A DNA stretch of 63,336 nucleotides, the filler included, from Octopus bimaculoides (taxonomy: Eukaryota): assembly GCF_001194135.2 (NCBI RefSeq). It is 6 parts of 6 records of this genome, joined end to end, with 100 filler letters (N's around TTAATTAATTAA, not from the genome) between each part and the next. Parts side by side here need not be neighbours in the genome. Positions count along the whole stretch, not along the records: positions 32,522 to 50,373 come from NC_069008.1; positions 50,474 to 54,445 come from NC_068985.1; 4 more parts are not named here. One strand, given 5' to 3'. Under the pieces are notes generated by a model that worked only from the letters and a program-made list of their open reading frames with translations, searched no databases and was not told where the DNA came from. Shown here piece after piece: positions 38,955 to 51,310 of the stretch (the first letter of the stretch is position 1; every line of letters starts with the position of its first letter). The position numbers and the translations under genes are program-made.

Positions 38955-40815
38955 GATGTTGATGGGTGCAGTTCCTCTTCCTCCTTGTGTTACTTCCTGC
39001 CTGCCTATACATTCCCTCACAGTTGGTACTGTCAATATAGGTCCATTGAAAGTGAGATTGTTGAGATGCTTGAAAGGAGACGTGTTGATGTGTGCTGCAT
39101 CCAAGAAGTTTGGTAGTGGGGAGCTTCAGCCAGGCTCCTCACTGGCAAAAGACATAGGTATAAATTCTTCTGGGAGGGCAACAGTGATGGGGCAGGATGT
39201 GTTGGCATACTTCTAGCAGAGAAATGGGTAAATAAGGTGGTTGAAGTAGTCAGAGTATGTGATAGGGTACTTCAGCTTAGCAACAATCACTCTGTCTATG
39301 CCCCCAACTGAGTCTGCTAAATGAACAAAAGGACCACTTTTATAACACTCTTCTGTAGACTGCCTCAAAGACAAATTACAGTGACCTTATCTTTGTGGCT
39401 GGTGATTTCAATGGACATGTTGGCTAGCACCCAGGTGTCTTCAGTGGGGTGTATGGGGTCCCTGGAATTGGTTCCTAAAATGGGGAGGGAACAAGATTGC
39501 AGGAGTTTTGTGATGCAAATGAACTAATGATCTGCAACACCAATTTCCAAAAGCCAGCCAGTCACCTGATAACCTATAAATCCGGTGACCATGCTAGCCA
39601 GATTGACTACATTCACACCAAAAAGTGGGATTCATTGTTGCTCATAAACATGATGTCCTTCCTTGATGAAGAGTGTACTCTTTTGCATAGGTTACTCATT
39701 AGTGACTTCAAGCTACAGGCACAAAAGAACCCAAGAAGCAAGCCAGTTTGGAAAAGAAGGATATGGAAGCTTAAGAATCCTTTGAAATGTTAGAGATTTA
39801 GAGACAACCTAACTGAAGCATTTGATGAGGAGTTACAGACTTGTAACACAGGATAACTGGAAGTTTCTACAAGACAACTTGCTGAGAGCCACAGACCAAA
39901 TTTGTGATGGGTGCAAAGTCCCAACCAGACCTAGGGTGACATGGTAGTGGAACAGTGTAGGCGACAGGGCCATTAGATCAAAGAAACTGGCTTGGAATGA
40001 CTGGAAAGGTGGTGGTAGCAAGGAGCTATACCAAGCAGCTAGAAGGGAAGTTAAGAAGCAGGTATATTTAGCAATGTTATGCAGCATGAGGACCAGCAGC
40101 TTGAAGTGTTTTGACTTGCAAGACAAGGTACCTGGGAAAATTGTGATATTGTTGGAGAGAAGTGTATTTGCATGGATGATGGTTCACTTGCAGTTAGTGA
40201 CCCTACAAAAGAAAGAGGCTTGGAAATGCCACTTTGAAAGGCTACTAAATGTAGAGTACTCATGGGAGAGGGAGAGTCTGCTTGCTGTGGATACAACAGA
40301 GGGACCAGCAATCCAAATAGCATGGTAGAGCCATGAAGGATATGAAGGCAGGGAAAGACCCTGACCCATCAGGCATGACCTCTGAGATGCTTGAAATATC
40401 TGGCAGTGTGGGTTATGGCCTAACACCTGAATAGTCAACCATGTTGTCCACAAAGGAGTCCTACCCAATGGCTGGTGTAGCAGCCTCATAGTCAACTGCT
40501 GCAAGAGTAAAGGTGATACCTCAGACAGAAATAATTACAGAGGTATCAAATTGTTTGATCAGGTGATAAAAGTTATAACCCAACTAATTAGGAAGAGAGT
40601 TAGTCTAAACAAGATGCAGTTTGGTTTTGTACCAGGGAGAAGCACCACTGATGCTATATTTCTAGTAAGGAAGCTGCAGAAGTACCTAGCCAATAATAAA
40701 CCTCTGTACTTGGTTTTTGAGTGGGGCCTGGTGCAGCTCTCCAACTTACCAGCTCCTATCAAACCATCAAACACATGCCAGCATGGACAATGGACATTAA
40801 ATGATGACGATGATA
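38955..40815 (+). mobile_element. Internally deleted RTE LINE (APE endonuclease, RT N-terminal half, 3' tail)
   Basis: TVGTVNIG..EMLERRRVDVCCIQEV, VAGDFNGHVG, TYKSGDHASQIDYI and MQFGFVPGRSTTDAIFLVRKLQ, then an abrupt join to the 3' UTR and (GAT)n. Confidence 0.92.
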
Positions 40816-41340
40816 TGTATGTCCTTCTATCATACTTCAACCTTTCAACATCTGACATGAAGCCACCCACCTCCACCTTTCCCTCTTAAATACTCCCCTT
40901 TTGGAGTGGTGAGAGTTCTTCTTTTTTTCCCTGCTCTTTTTCTGTCTTGCATGTTTACAAGTGCCAATGGCAGAAAAAAGATGGCACCCAGTATACTTTG
41001 TAAAGTGGTTGATGTTAGGAAGGGCGTCCAACCATGCCAAAGGCAACACTGGAACTCATCGCAGCCTTGCAGCTCACCAGATCCTGTCAAACTGTCCAAC
41101 CCATGCCAGCATGGAAAACATGTTAAATGATGATGATGATGATGTGATAGATAGATACATACATACATATACATGTACAGATATAAAAAAATATTCATAT
41201 AATGACATAATGTGGGTATATAAGTGCTTGGTTTGGTTTACCACTAAAACTCTGGCTTGAATTGCAACTGAAAGAGAGGTGGCATTGAAGCAGCCTGTCA
41301 AAGATGGCTAGAAGTGATTCATCATGAGCAGGAAGATATA

Positions 41341-42522
41341 TTGGGTCATCAACTTGCTATAAAAGCAGGTAGTTCTTAATCTTAGTGCAAGTTTCGAAGA
41401 GTGCAGTTCGATTTTATCAGTTATTTTTTCAAAGCTATTGTGGAAGTGACAAAGGAGCGTATTCAGCATATTTTGCTTTATGAGTTCAATAAAGGCAACA
41501 ATGCAATGGAAAGCGCGAGGAATATTAATGCAGAATATGGGGATCAGACAATAAGCGTAAGCCAGTGTCAACAGTGGTTCCAGAAATTCCGAACTGGAAA
41601 ATACAGCCTAGAAGATTTGTAGAGCTTGACAAGGACTACCTGCAAACCCTGGTGGAACAAAATCCCATTGTAACTGTTGAGGAACCAGCAGAGAAGCTTG
41701 GATTTGGTCATTCAACCATTCATCAATACCTACATGCCATCAGAAAAGTCAGCAAATTAGGTCAATGGGTTCCTCACAAACTTTCTAAGTCTAATCGTGC
41801 ACAGAGGGTGAATGAATGCTCTTCTTTGCTGCCACACCTTACAAATGAACCTTTTTTAAACCGAATAGTGAGTGATGACGAGAAATGCATTTTCTATAAA
41901 AATGTCAAGCGGCAAAGACAGTGGGTAGGGAAAGGAGAAACAACAGCACCCCAGGCTAAAGAAGGTCTTCGCTCATATACAGTGTTGTTATCTGTTTGTT
42001 GAAATATGAAAGGTTTAGTCCACTTTGAACTTTTAAACCCAAACCAAACAATAACAAAGGAGATCTACTGCAAGCGGCTTGAGTGGCTTAAATCAGTGCT
42101 AGAAGGAAAATGACCATCTTTGGTTTCAAGACGAAAGGTGTTCTTCCATCAGGATAATGCTTGGCCACATACAGCGAGGATGACATTCCAAAAGCTGGAG
42201 CAGTTTGAATGGGAAACGATGTCCCATCTACCATATTCTCTGGACATTGCCTCATCTGATTATCATTTATTCTGCAGTCTTCAAAATCATTTGGGCAGAA
42301 AAAATAAGAATTCTGTAGATGAGGTCAGAACAGTACTGGAGGAGTGTTTTTCATCATGGACATGTGAATTTTGGAAGAGGGGCCTTGCAAGTCTACCATA
42401 TAGATAGAAGAGCATTATAGAAAATGAAGGAGAGTATATTTCAGATTAAAAATGAACTTTGTTTATCTTAATTTTGAAAAATAAAAGTGTAAAAAAAACG
42501 CATTATTTATGGGATGACCCAA
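41341..42522 (+). mobile_element. Mariner transposon, same family as 9250-10492, disrupted
   Basis: TA-TTGGGTCATC (left TIR truncated by a deletion) ... CATTATTTATGGGATGACCCAA-TA; motifs WVPHKL, IVSDDEKC, HQDNAWPH and YSLDIASSDYHLF. Confidence 0.95.
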
Positions 42523-42989
42523 TATATTAGAAACACAATGAACAAGCAAAACATGTGGTATCACTTTAGAGCCTTTATTTTATAATTTAAATACAATTCA
42601 AACAGTGCAAAATAATTATGGTAAATATGTAAAAATTCTCTTGCAGCTATTTCTAGAATAGCTGAGCATGTGGAATTTGTAAGCTATTATTTCAGCATTG
42701 GAGAGACAGAAATAAAGAATACCTTTAACCTTTTAGCGTTCGATTAATTCTGTCAAAAGGGGATCTAATATTAATCACATATTTTAGCCGAAGGCCAGCA
42801 GTTCCGGGGTAGCGGGTAGATCAATTACATTGACTCCAGTGCTCAGCTGGTACCTATTTTATCGAACTTGAGTGGATGGAAAGCAAAGGTGACCTCAGCA
42901 GAATTTGAACTCAGAATGTAAAGACGGACAAAATGCGAGTAAGCAATTTGTTCAGTGTGCTAGTGATTCTGCTAGCTCACCACTGTGAT

Positions 42990-43370
42990 TGATGGTCATC
43001 ATCATCATTTAATGTCTGTTTTCCATGCTGGCATGAGTTGGACAGTTTGACAGGATCTGGCCAGCTGAAGAGCTGCCCAAGCTCCATGTCTGTTTTGGCA
43101 AGGTTTCTCCAGCTTGATGCCCTGCTTAATGCCAACCACTTTACAGTGTGTACTGGGTGCTTTTACACAGCACCAATACAGGTGCGCTTATGTGGCACTA
43201 GCATAGGTGCTTTTTTATGAGGCACCAGCACCCATGATCCCACAAAATAAGGATTGCTCAGCTGAAGAGGATGAAGGGGACATAGCTGTATGCAAAGACA
43301 ACCATGATTTCACTTAGTTTCACATGTCTTCTCAAGCATAGCAAACTGCTAAGAGTCTCAATCCCAATAT
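42990..43370 (-). mobile_element. RTE 3'-tail repeat
   Basis: CATCATCATCATTTAATGTC...CCATGCTGGCATG family, as at 2520-2870. Confidence 0.8.
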
Positions 43371-43389
43371 TGAAATCCAATTTATGATC

Positions 43390-43625
43390 CTTAGTATTGA
43401 AGTGGGGTGCTTTAGGGGTATAATGTTCCGTTCATTCATCAACTTCAAGTTTGCAGATTATCTCACAGTGGTGGTGGTGGTTAACAGCATCGAAGGCAGA
43501 CTTTCCAACAGTTTTATAGGGTTTATTTAGATCCTTGTGAATGAAATCCATGTATCCCTTGATATCAATTGGGTACAGATTTCTGGTCTTATCAGAGAAG
43601 ACATGCATTTTGGGTGATCTCATGA
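43390..43625 (-). mobile_element. Penelope-like RT N-terminal fragment
   Basis: VFSDKTRNLYPI...YKT...ICKLEVDE*TEHYTPKAPHFNTKDHK matches the PLE V.ADKT.N.Y...ITLKDHK region and is homologous to 54900-55660. Confidence 0.75.
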
Positions 43626-44914
43626 TTTGTCATACAATTTTATCAAGTTGCCCCTGCTAATGGCCTTCTTTGACTTTCAGTCTACCAAATTCATTCAGAA
43701 GGCTTTGGTTGGCTGCATTTATAGAAGGCACTTGCTTAAGGTTCTGTTTTGTAGGACTGAACCTGAAATCACCAGTGGCGTATGGTGGTGGTTGTCATTG
43801 GGTGTGCTGCCACACTGAGTATACTACAACCAATATTAGTATTACTCAAATTAGGCATACAAACTGTGTATTTCTGATTCTGCACAAACTTGTAGTGTTC
43901 GGTGCACTAACAGTGCCAGAATTCAACCTGACTTAAGTTTTGTTTCTGATTTCTAAAAGTGTATTAATTAGTTTTGAAAACAAATTAAGATCAAAGTTAT
44001 ATGATGATATTGTAAAAAAATTAGTTTTAGTTTAGAAATTCTAAATTAATTTAAACATACTCCTTGCCAGGAAAATGAACATGCAACTGTGCCATCAAAG
44101 CTGTCACACACCCTTTGCAATTAATTTTTTGCCATTCTCTCATTACCCTATAATATGCATGGTACCATATCATGATACAATGCACAGCAAGGTGTGCAGT
44201 GTTATTTCAGGACACCCAATGCCACCAAATTTCAAGCAGGGGTATAACAAAAGTTTTCCATTATGATTTGTGATTAAATTAACGAGTAATGAATTTGCCA
44301 TTTTCGATGGGTGTGCAGCACACACATAGCACACCCAGAATATTCGGCCCTTGGAAATCACATGCTTGAGAAGCAAGCTTCTAAACGTCATACCCAATGT
44401 TACTAATAGTTTCTTCATATGGTTTGTGCATTCATTTCTAACTTAATGACTGTACAGTGATGATACCACTGATATATGGGAATATTTTCCATTTCTATTT
44501 ACTGAAATCATCCCTGTTTTAATATTCAATTTTCTCTACTTGCATGGGTGACAGAAGTCATCAAGACAGCTTTTCTGTTGTCAACTCTCACCTATTTTCT
44601 AGCAATATTTCACCATGGCTGGAGATGTTTTCCCAGAAGATTGGAACTGAATGGCTCCTGTTTATATAACAGTGGCACTCATTTACAAACATCATGCAAT
44701 GTCACAAGGAAATGCATATGCATATACACAACAGGCTTCTTTCAGTTTCCATTTACCAAATTCAAATTCTCGACCTGGAGCTGTAGGAGATAACACTTAC
44801 CCAATGCACTGCACATTGGGATTGAACCCAAAACCACATGGTTGGAAAGTAAACCTCGTAACCTAACAAATATGCCATTATCTATGATAGATGGAATATA
44901 TATGAACATCCCTG

Positions 44915-45230
44915 ACTTCATCATCCCTGTTTAACATCCGCCTTCCATGCAGGCATGGGTTTGACAGGAGCCGGCCAGGTAGAAAACTACCCCAGGCTAC
45001 TGTGTCTGTTTGGCAGGGTTTCTATGCCTGGATGCTCTTCCTAACACCAACCACTCTGCAGAGTGGACTGAGTGCTTTTTATATGGCACTAGCACAGGTG
45101 AGGTTAGTTTTGGCAGGATTTTTACAGCTGGATGCCCTTCCAAATGCCAACCACTTTACAGTGTGGACTGGATGCTTTTTATATGGCACCAACACTGTTA
45201 GGGTCACCAAGTAACTTGCAAGACAAAGAA
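44915..45230 (-). mobile_element. RTE 3'-tail repeat with an internal duplication
   Basis: Inverted relative of 8830-9090. Confidence 0.75.
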
Positions 45231-45465
45231 TCTTTGAGAGGAGGGGGATCTTGTGTCAGATGATGAAAGGTTACAGAATGATTTTATATTGAAACAAAAT
45301 GGTTCATTATGTGACCAATGCAGATACAGTCTTAGTTATAGAACAAAACTGTTAGGAAGTGAGAAACATATTTATTTGTTGAAATATTTCATTGATAAAC
45401 TCACTCTTCTGTATGAGTGAATACGTGTACAGCTGTCTTTCTTGAGAGTATTATACACCACAGAA

Positions 45466-47000
45466 TCAGTTACATGGGTTCTCTTCAGTATGAATGTGTT
45501 TCTGTTTAGTTAAATTACATTTTTCAGAGAATGATTTACCACACATGTCACAATGATATGGTTTTTCTCCAGTGTGCATATGCTTGTGTATAATTAAGGA
45601 ACTTCTTTGAGCGAATGATTTACCACAGATATCACACTGAAATGGCTTTTCTCCTGTATGTGTGCGTTTGTGAGCAGTTAAGTTGCCCATTTGAGAGAAT
45701 GAGTTACCACATATATCACAGTGATATGGCTTATCGCCTGTATGAATACGTTTTTGTCTAGTTAAGTGACCACTATGAGAGAAAGACTTACCACAGGTTT
45801 CACAGTGATATGGGTTATCACCTGTATGAATTTGTTTGTGAGTAGTTAAGGTACTTCTTACAGAGAATGAAATACCACAGATTTCACAGTGATATGGCTT
45901 TTCTCCAGTGTGGATACGTTTGTGTCTAGTTAAGAGACTAGTATGAGAGAAAGATTTACCACAGATTTCACAGTGATATGGTTTCTCTCCTGTATGAATA
46001 TATTTGTGTTTAGTTAAATGACTAGTATAGGAAAAAGATTCACCACAGATTTCACAATCATATGGCTTCTTTCCTGTATGAATATATTCATGAGTAGTTA
46101 ATTTATTCATTTGAGAGAATGTTTTACCACATATATCACAGTGATAATGTTTCTGTCCTGCATGTGTGTGTTTGTGTTTAGTTAACATACTTCTTTCAGC
46201 GAATGACTTACCACAGATATTGTAGTGATGCGGCTTCTCCCCTGTATGAATACGTTTGTGTCTTGCTAAGTGGCTACTAAGAGAGAAAGATTTATCACAG
46301 ATTTTATAACAATATGGCCTCTCTCCTGTATGGGTGTATTTGTGTTTAATTAAGCTACTTCTTACAGAGAATGAATTTCCACATATTTCACAGTGATATG
46401 GTTTCTCCCCTGTATGCATGCGTTTGTGTGAATTTAAGTTACCTAGCTCGGAGAATGAGCGACCACAGATATCACAGCAATATGGTTTTTCTCCTGTATG
46501 AGTATGTTTGTGAGTAGCTAATTTACTTTTTTTAGAGAATGATTTACCACAGATATCACAGTGAAAAGGCTCCTCTCCTGTATGAATATATGTGTGAGTA
46601 GTTAACTGACATTTTTGATAAAATGATTTACCACAGATATCACAATGATAAGGCTTCGTACTTGTATGAATTTGTTTGTGAGTAGTTAGGTTAGCTAACT
46701 GAGAGAATGATTTGCCACAGACATCACAATGATATGGCTTCTCTCCTGTATGAGTGCGTTCATGCATAGTTAACTTACTTCTTACAGAGAATGATTTACC
46801 ACAGACATCACAGCGATAAGGTTTCTCTCCTGTTTGAATGCATTTGTGAGTGGTGTGACTACTTTTTTCAGAAAACGATTTTTTACAGCTATCACAGTCA
46901 TATGATTGTGTTTGCAAATTAGTTGATACCTCATCAATAATATCAATCCTTTCACACTGTGATTTCCACTTATGTTGTCCTCATACGATTCCTTTTCCAT
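45466..47000 (-). CDS. Tandem C2H2 zinc-finger protein (17 fingers); N-terminus disrupted, possible pseudogene
   Basis: The open frame from ~46980 to 45466 has 17 C-x2-C-x12-H-x3-H units with TGEKP-type linkers. Five fingers lack a Zn ligand (nos. 1, 8, 9, 14, 17). The ATG at 47000 ([10 protein letters not shown]) is out of frame with the array, and the in-frame ATG at ~47019 is followed by TGA. Confidence 0.85.
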
Positions 47001-47140
47001 TATTTTGCTTCTCTCTCATCAAAACATTCAAATATTTTCCTTCTCTAACTTTTTATATTTTGTATGGTATACATTCTTTTACTTATTTCAGTCATTTTAC
47101 TGCAGCCATGCTGGAACACATTCTCTTAATAAATGTGAGA

Positions 47141-47270
47141 TGCTTACAGCACCTAGGTTTCCCAAGTGGTCACCCATCTAAGTACTCATCAGACTTGACA
47201 TTGCTTAACTTGGTGATCGGACGAGAAACTGGTGTGTTCAACATGATTCATTCTATTATGGCAAAAACGA
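47141..47270 (-). pseudogene. 5S rRNA pseudogene (or 5S-derived SINE head)
   Basis: Minus strand GCCATA..ATCATGTTGAACACACCAGTTTCTCGTCCGATCACCAAGTTAAGCAATGTCAAGTCTGATGAGTACTTAGATGGGTGACCACTTGGGAAACCTAGGTGCTGTAAGC follows metazoan 5S rRNA, including the A-box and C-box regions; CpG-decay substitutions and a ~9-bp insertion near the 5' end. Confidence 0.88.
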
Positions 47271-47349
47271 AATATACAATTTTATAGTTCATGTATAGAT
47301 ATATTATACTTCTTACTAAAATAGCTATATCACTGACATTTTTTTTTTA

Positions 47350-47625
47350 TGCACCCTTTTAAAGCCTAGCCAGGATCATGGGCCCGGTTTCCTGGTTTCT
47401 ATGGCGTATGTGTTCCCTACCCCCAGTCCATCGCAGCTTTACTCAAGAAGCAGGAAGAAAGAGTGAGAGAATGTTGGGGCGAAAGAGTACAACAGGGGTC
47501 GCCACCACCCCCTGCCAGAGCCTCGTGGAGCTTTAGGTGTTTTCACTCAATAAACACACACATTCCCGTCTGGGAATCGAAACCGCAAGTCCGCTGCCCT
47601 AACAACTGGGCCATTGCGCCTCCCC
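47350..47625 (-). mobile_element. tRNA-derived SINE, third family
   Basis: Shares TTAGGGCAGCGGAC..GCGGTTTCGATTCCCAGAC..AAAGCTCCACGAGGCTC with 30800-31162. Confidence 0.8.
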
Positions 47626-47724
47626 ATATCACTGACATATAAAAATATATTTTTCATCTATTTACCCCCAAATAAAACAATAGTATTATTTCATGCTACC
47701 GGAAATGTGTCAAATGGAATATAT

Positions 47725-48110
47725 ATATTCTTTTACTTGTTCCAGGCATTTGACTGCGGCCATACTGGAGCACTGCCTTTAGTCAAACAAATTGACCTAG
47801 GACTTATTCTTTGTAAGCCTAGTACTTATTCTATCAGTCTCTTTTGCTGAACCACTAAGTTATGGGGACATAAACACACCAACATTAGTTGTCAAACGAT
47901 GGTGGCGGGGAACAAACACACACACACGCACATATATATACATATACACGACGGGTTTCTTTCAGTTTCCATCTACCAAATCCACTCGAAGGCTTTGGTC
48001 AGCCTGAGGCTATAGTAGAAGACACTTGCCCAAGGTGTCATGCAGTGGGACTGAACTTGGAACCATGTGGTCCGGAAGCAAGCTTCTTATCACGCACCCA
48101 CTCCTGCTAT
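47725..48110 (-). mobile_element. Composite tRNA-SINE copy
   Basis: Full head, microsatellite and tail of the 22975 family, reversed. Confidence 0.85.
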
Positions 48111-48377
48111 GTATATTAATAGAAGAGGAAGTTGTCACCATGAAGATGTAGTGGTGGTCATATAAAAATAGTATCAGGATTATCATCATACGCTATCAAT
48201 ATACAGCGTCAGGTAATGAAAGAAATATATAACGATAAATGTATTTACACAGGGGTGAATAGATTTAGTGTTATATAACGTATAGCTTTCATCAAATGAC
48301 TGGATACTGATACAGTTACACTTCTGTACACATGAGTAATTAGCAGCATTGTATGAGAGAATGATTTGTCACAGTTA

Positions 48378-48959
48378 TCAGTTACAATGCTTCACTTCTG
48401 TATGAATATGCTTGCGTTTAGTTAAGTGCCCTCTTTGAGAAAATGGTTTACCACAGATATCACAAAGATATGGTTTTTCTTCTGTATGAATACATATGTG
48501 TGTAGTTAAGCTACCAGTCGGAGAGAATGATTTATCACAGTGATATGGTTTCTCTGCTGCATTTTTCCAGTAACATTCAACTGAGTTGGTACGCACGTTA
48601 GTTACTGGATCCACAATGTTTTCTTTATGATTCACTTTGAAATGGGAATACCATGGTTCGACATCAGTTTCAGCTATTCCATTGTATCCACTCCAACAAT
48701 CAGAACGGAGAGTCGTTCCTTGTCTTATATACGTTCTGATAAGGAGGAACACAGTTTCAGAGGAATGACCATTCACAAACACTAAAAATCCTATTTTGTC
48801 TTCTCTGTCCAATCCTCTGAAAACCCACCTCTGCTGTAGTATTCTGCCTGTATTATACTTTCTTTTGCACATCAAAGATTCGTCTATTTCGACGATGTGC
48901 TCAGTTCCTCCAACTTGGTAGGGATTACATACAAGATGGGGACTTGCTATGTCTCTCAT
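48378..48959 (-). other. Chimeric ORF (193 aa): Merlin/IS1595-family DDE transposase core fused in frame to two degenerate C2H2 fingers
   Basis: [44 protein letters not shown], then directly [44 protein letters not shown]; junction at ~48555-48560. Confidence 0.8.
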
Positions 48960-49290
48960 CTATTGATACCACTGTATCACTGTTGCTTTTAAAAGACTTG
49001 CCATATCAGATGAGATTTATTATGGAGACTTTTCTGGGCCATAAATACATCAGAAGAATAAACTCTTGGAGTCTCAACTTAGAATTTTCCAGAAATGAGG
49101 ATTTCTTAACAGTGACTTTTTCAGCTTTGTGTGTGGGGCAGCTAAAAATCTTTCCTTATATTTTATCAGGCTCATTTCTTTATTACAAGATGAGCATTTT
49201 GGTGTTATACAATTTAACACTTTCGGGAAATAAGTACGCAGGATCAAAACTCTGAATGTAAGGCAAAATATTGTAAATCATTTTGAATCC
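48555..49290 (-). mobile_element. Merlin DNA transposon remnant (Zn-ribbon N-terminus plus DDE core)
   Basis: Upstream of the ORF, with frameshifts and a stop: PKCSSCNKEMSL..SCPTHK..KKSSFLENSKLRLQEFILLMYLW..TVIQWYQ*MRD, the Merlin CxxC..C..S.F..SKL architecture. Confidence 0.8.
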
Positions 49291-49544
49291 ACTGACCACT
49301 AGCATGCGTCCAAAGAATGGTTTATTTGTTTAGCTGACCTGACTGGTGTGGGTGCATGCATCAGATAGATAGAGAGATAGATATATTTGACCAAAACTGA
49401 TGATTCATTCATTCAGTTGTTTGCTTTATTAGATAGGTAGGTCGGTCGGTCAGTTGGTTGGTTAGTCGGTCGGATCAGGTCATTATAAGTAGGTGTGCCG
49501 TTCTATAGACAGACACGTGACCCACACTATCTATCTATCTGTTT

Positions 49545-50095
49545 ACCACATGCTGATGGATGACAAGCAATTGACTTTAAATCAAATGGCCAATGCTATT
49601 TAGCATAACCCATGAAGAAATTGAGAATATTCTACACTATGTACTTAGCATGGTGAAGGTTTCTGCTTGGTGGGTGCTATGTCTTCTGACACCTGATCAA
49701 ATGCACACCAGATTGATCACATCATAGGAAAACCTGACATTGAGGCAGATCCAGCTGGTTTCCTTGAATGTTTCTAGAATGAGTGTTAGGTTCATCACTT
49801 TGAACCAGAGACAATCCATGTAGTGGAAACACCCCTCCTCACATGCTCTCAAGAAGGCCTGGGTCATTTCATTTGCAGAAAAGGTGATGGCCTGTTTGGG
49901 GGGATGCAAAAGGCGCTGTGCTTATTTACCACCTTCAGAAGGGACACACTATCAAAGGAATGGCAGTTACAAAAGGCTATCAAGACTAAATGCCCAGGAA
50001 AACTGATCAAAGGGGGCTTGTTTTATCAGGACAATGCTCCAGCACACAGGTCCTTGGTTTCGATGGCTGCTGTGCATGATTGTGGCTTTGAACTG
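49545..50095 (+). mobile_element. Mariner transposase fragment of a different subfamily
   Basis: KVSAWWVLCLLTPDQ (WVP.LL motif)..VHHFEPET..AEKVMA..LFYQDNAPAHRSLVSMAAVHDCGFEL. Confidence 0.8.
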
Positions 50096-50644
50096 TGAGA
50101 GTCACTATCGTTAGGTTTATGTAAAGGTGAATGGAGACAATCTTTTAAAAAATATTCGGTTATAAATAGTGTTTTCAGTCATGAATCAAATTTATAAAAG
50201 GTCATTTTAACTGTCCAGAGATTATAATCCGACAGATTGTATAGTTACCAGATTTTTATTTATATTTAAATGCAAATATTTTGTCACAAATTTAAGTGAT
50301 AAGATGTTACACAAATATTTTATTATTTATTTGTCTTGTATTTATATGTCAATCTGATAAACTACTTTATGATNNNNNNNNNNNNNNNNNNNNNNNNNNN
50401 NNNNNNNNNNNNNNNNNTTAATTAATTAANNNNNNNNNNNNNNNNNNNNNNNNNNNNNNNNNNNNNNNNNNNNGAACACATTGGTTTAGGTTTAGTTGTA
50501 GCTGTAAAATAAAAATAACTTCAAATGTATTGTGGTTGATGAAAGCTGTATTTGACATTCATTAAATAAACATGCAATATTTCTCTGTTTATTCCATTTT
50601 CAGGAGAGATTTATCATTCTAGTGGTGCATAGAAAATAAGAGAA

Positions 50645-51310
50645 CTTCGTCGTCGTCGTCATCATTTAATGTTTGTTCTCCTTGCTGGAATGAGTTGGAT
50701 GGTTTGACAAGTGTTGGCCAGCTGGAGGGCTGTCTGGATTCTATTTGTCTGTTTTAGCATGGTTTCTATGGCTGGTTGCCCTTTCTAATGCCAACCACTT
50801 TACAGAGTGTACTGGGTGCTTTTACATGATACTGGCATAGGTGCGTTTATGTGACACTGGCACAGGTACTTTTACATGGCACCAGCACCCATGGGCCCAC
50901 AAGACAAGGAACTCTTGGCTGAGAGAGGGATGTAGAGGACATGCCTATATGCTTGGACAGTCATGATTCTACTTAGCTAGGTACGTCTTTTCAAGCATAG
51001 CAAATTGCTAGAAGTCTCAGTCCCATGTCATCTCTGTGAGGCCCAACATCTGAAGATCTTTTCTCACCACCTCATCCCATATCTTCTTAAGTCTACGCCT
51101 TCCACATGATCGCTCCACAATTAGAGATCAACACTTCTTGATGCAGCTATCCCCATCCATACACATCACATGATCATACCAGTACAATCTTTTCTCTTGC
51201 ACTCTACATCAGATGCCTTTTATACCCAATTTTTCTCTCAAATTACTTACATTATGTCTTACACACACACACTGACATTACCCATCCAGCTGTGCATACT
51301 GGTTTCATCT
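50645..51310 (-). mobile_element. RTE LINE 3' end and tail
   Basis: Homologous to 2520-3190 (3' UTR plus C-terminal coding remnant). Confidence 0.8.
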
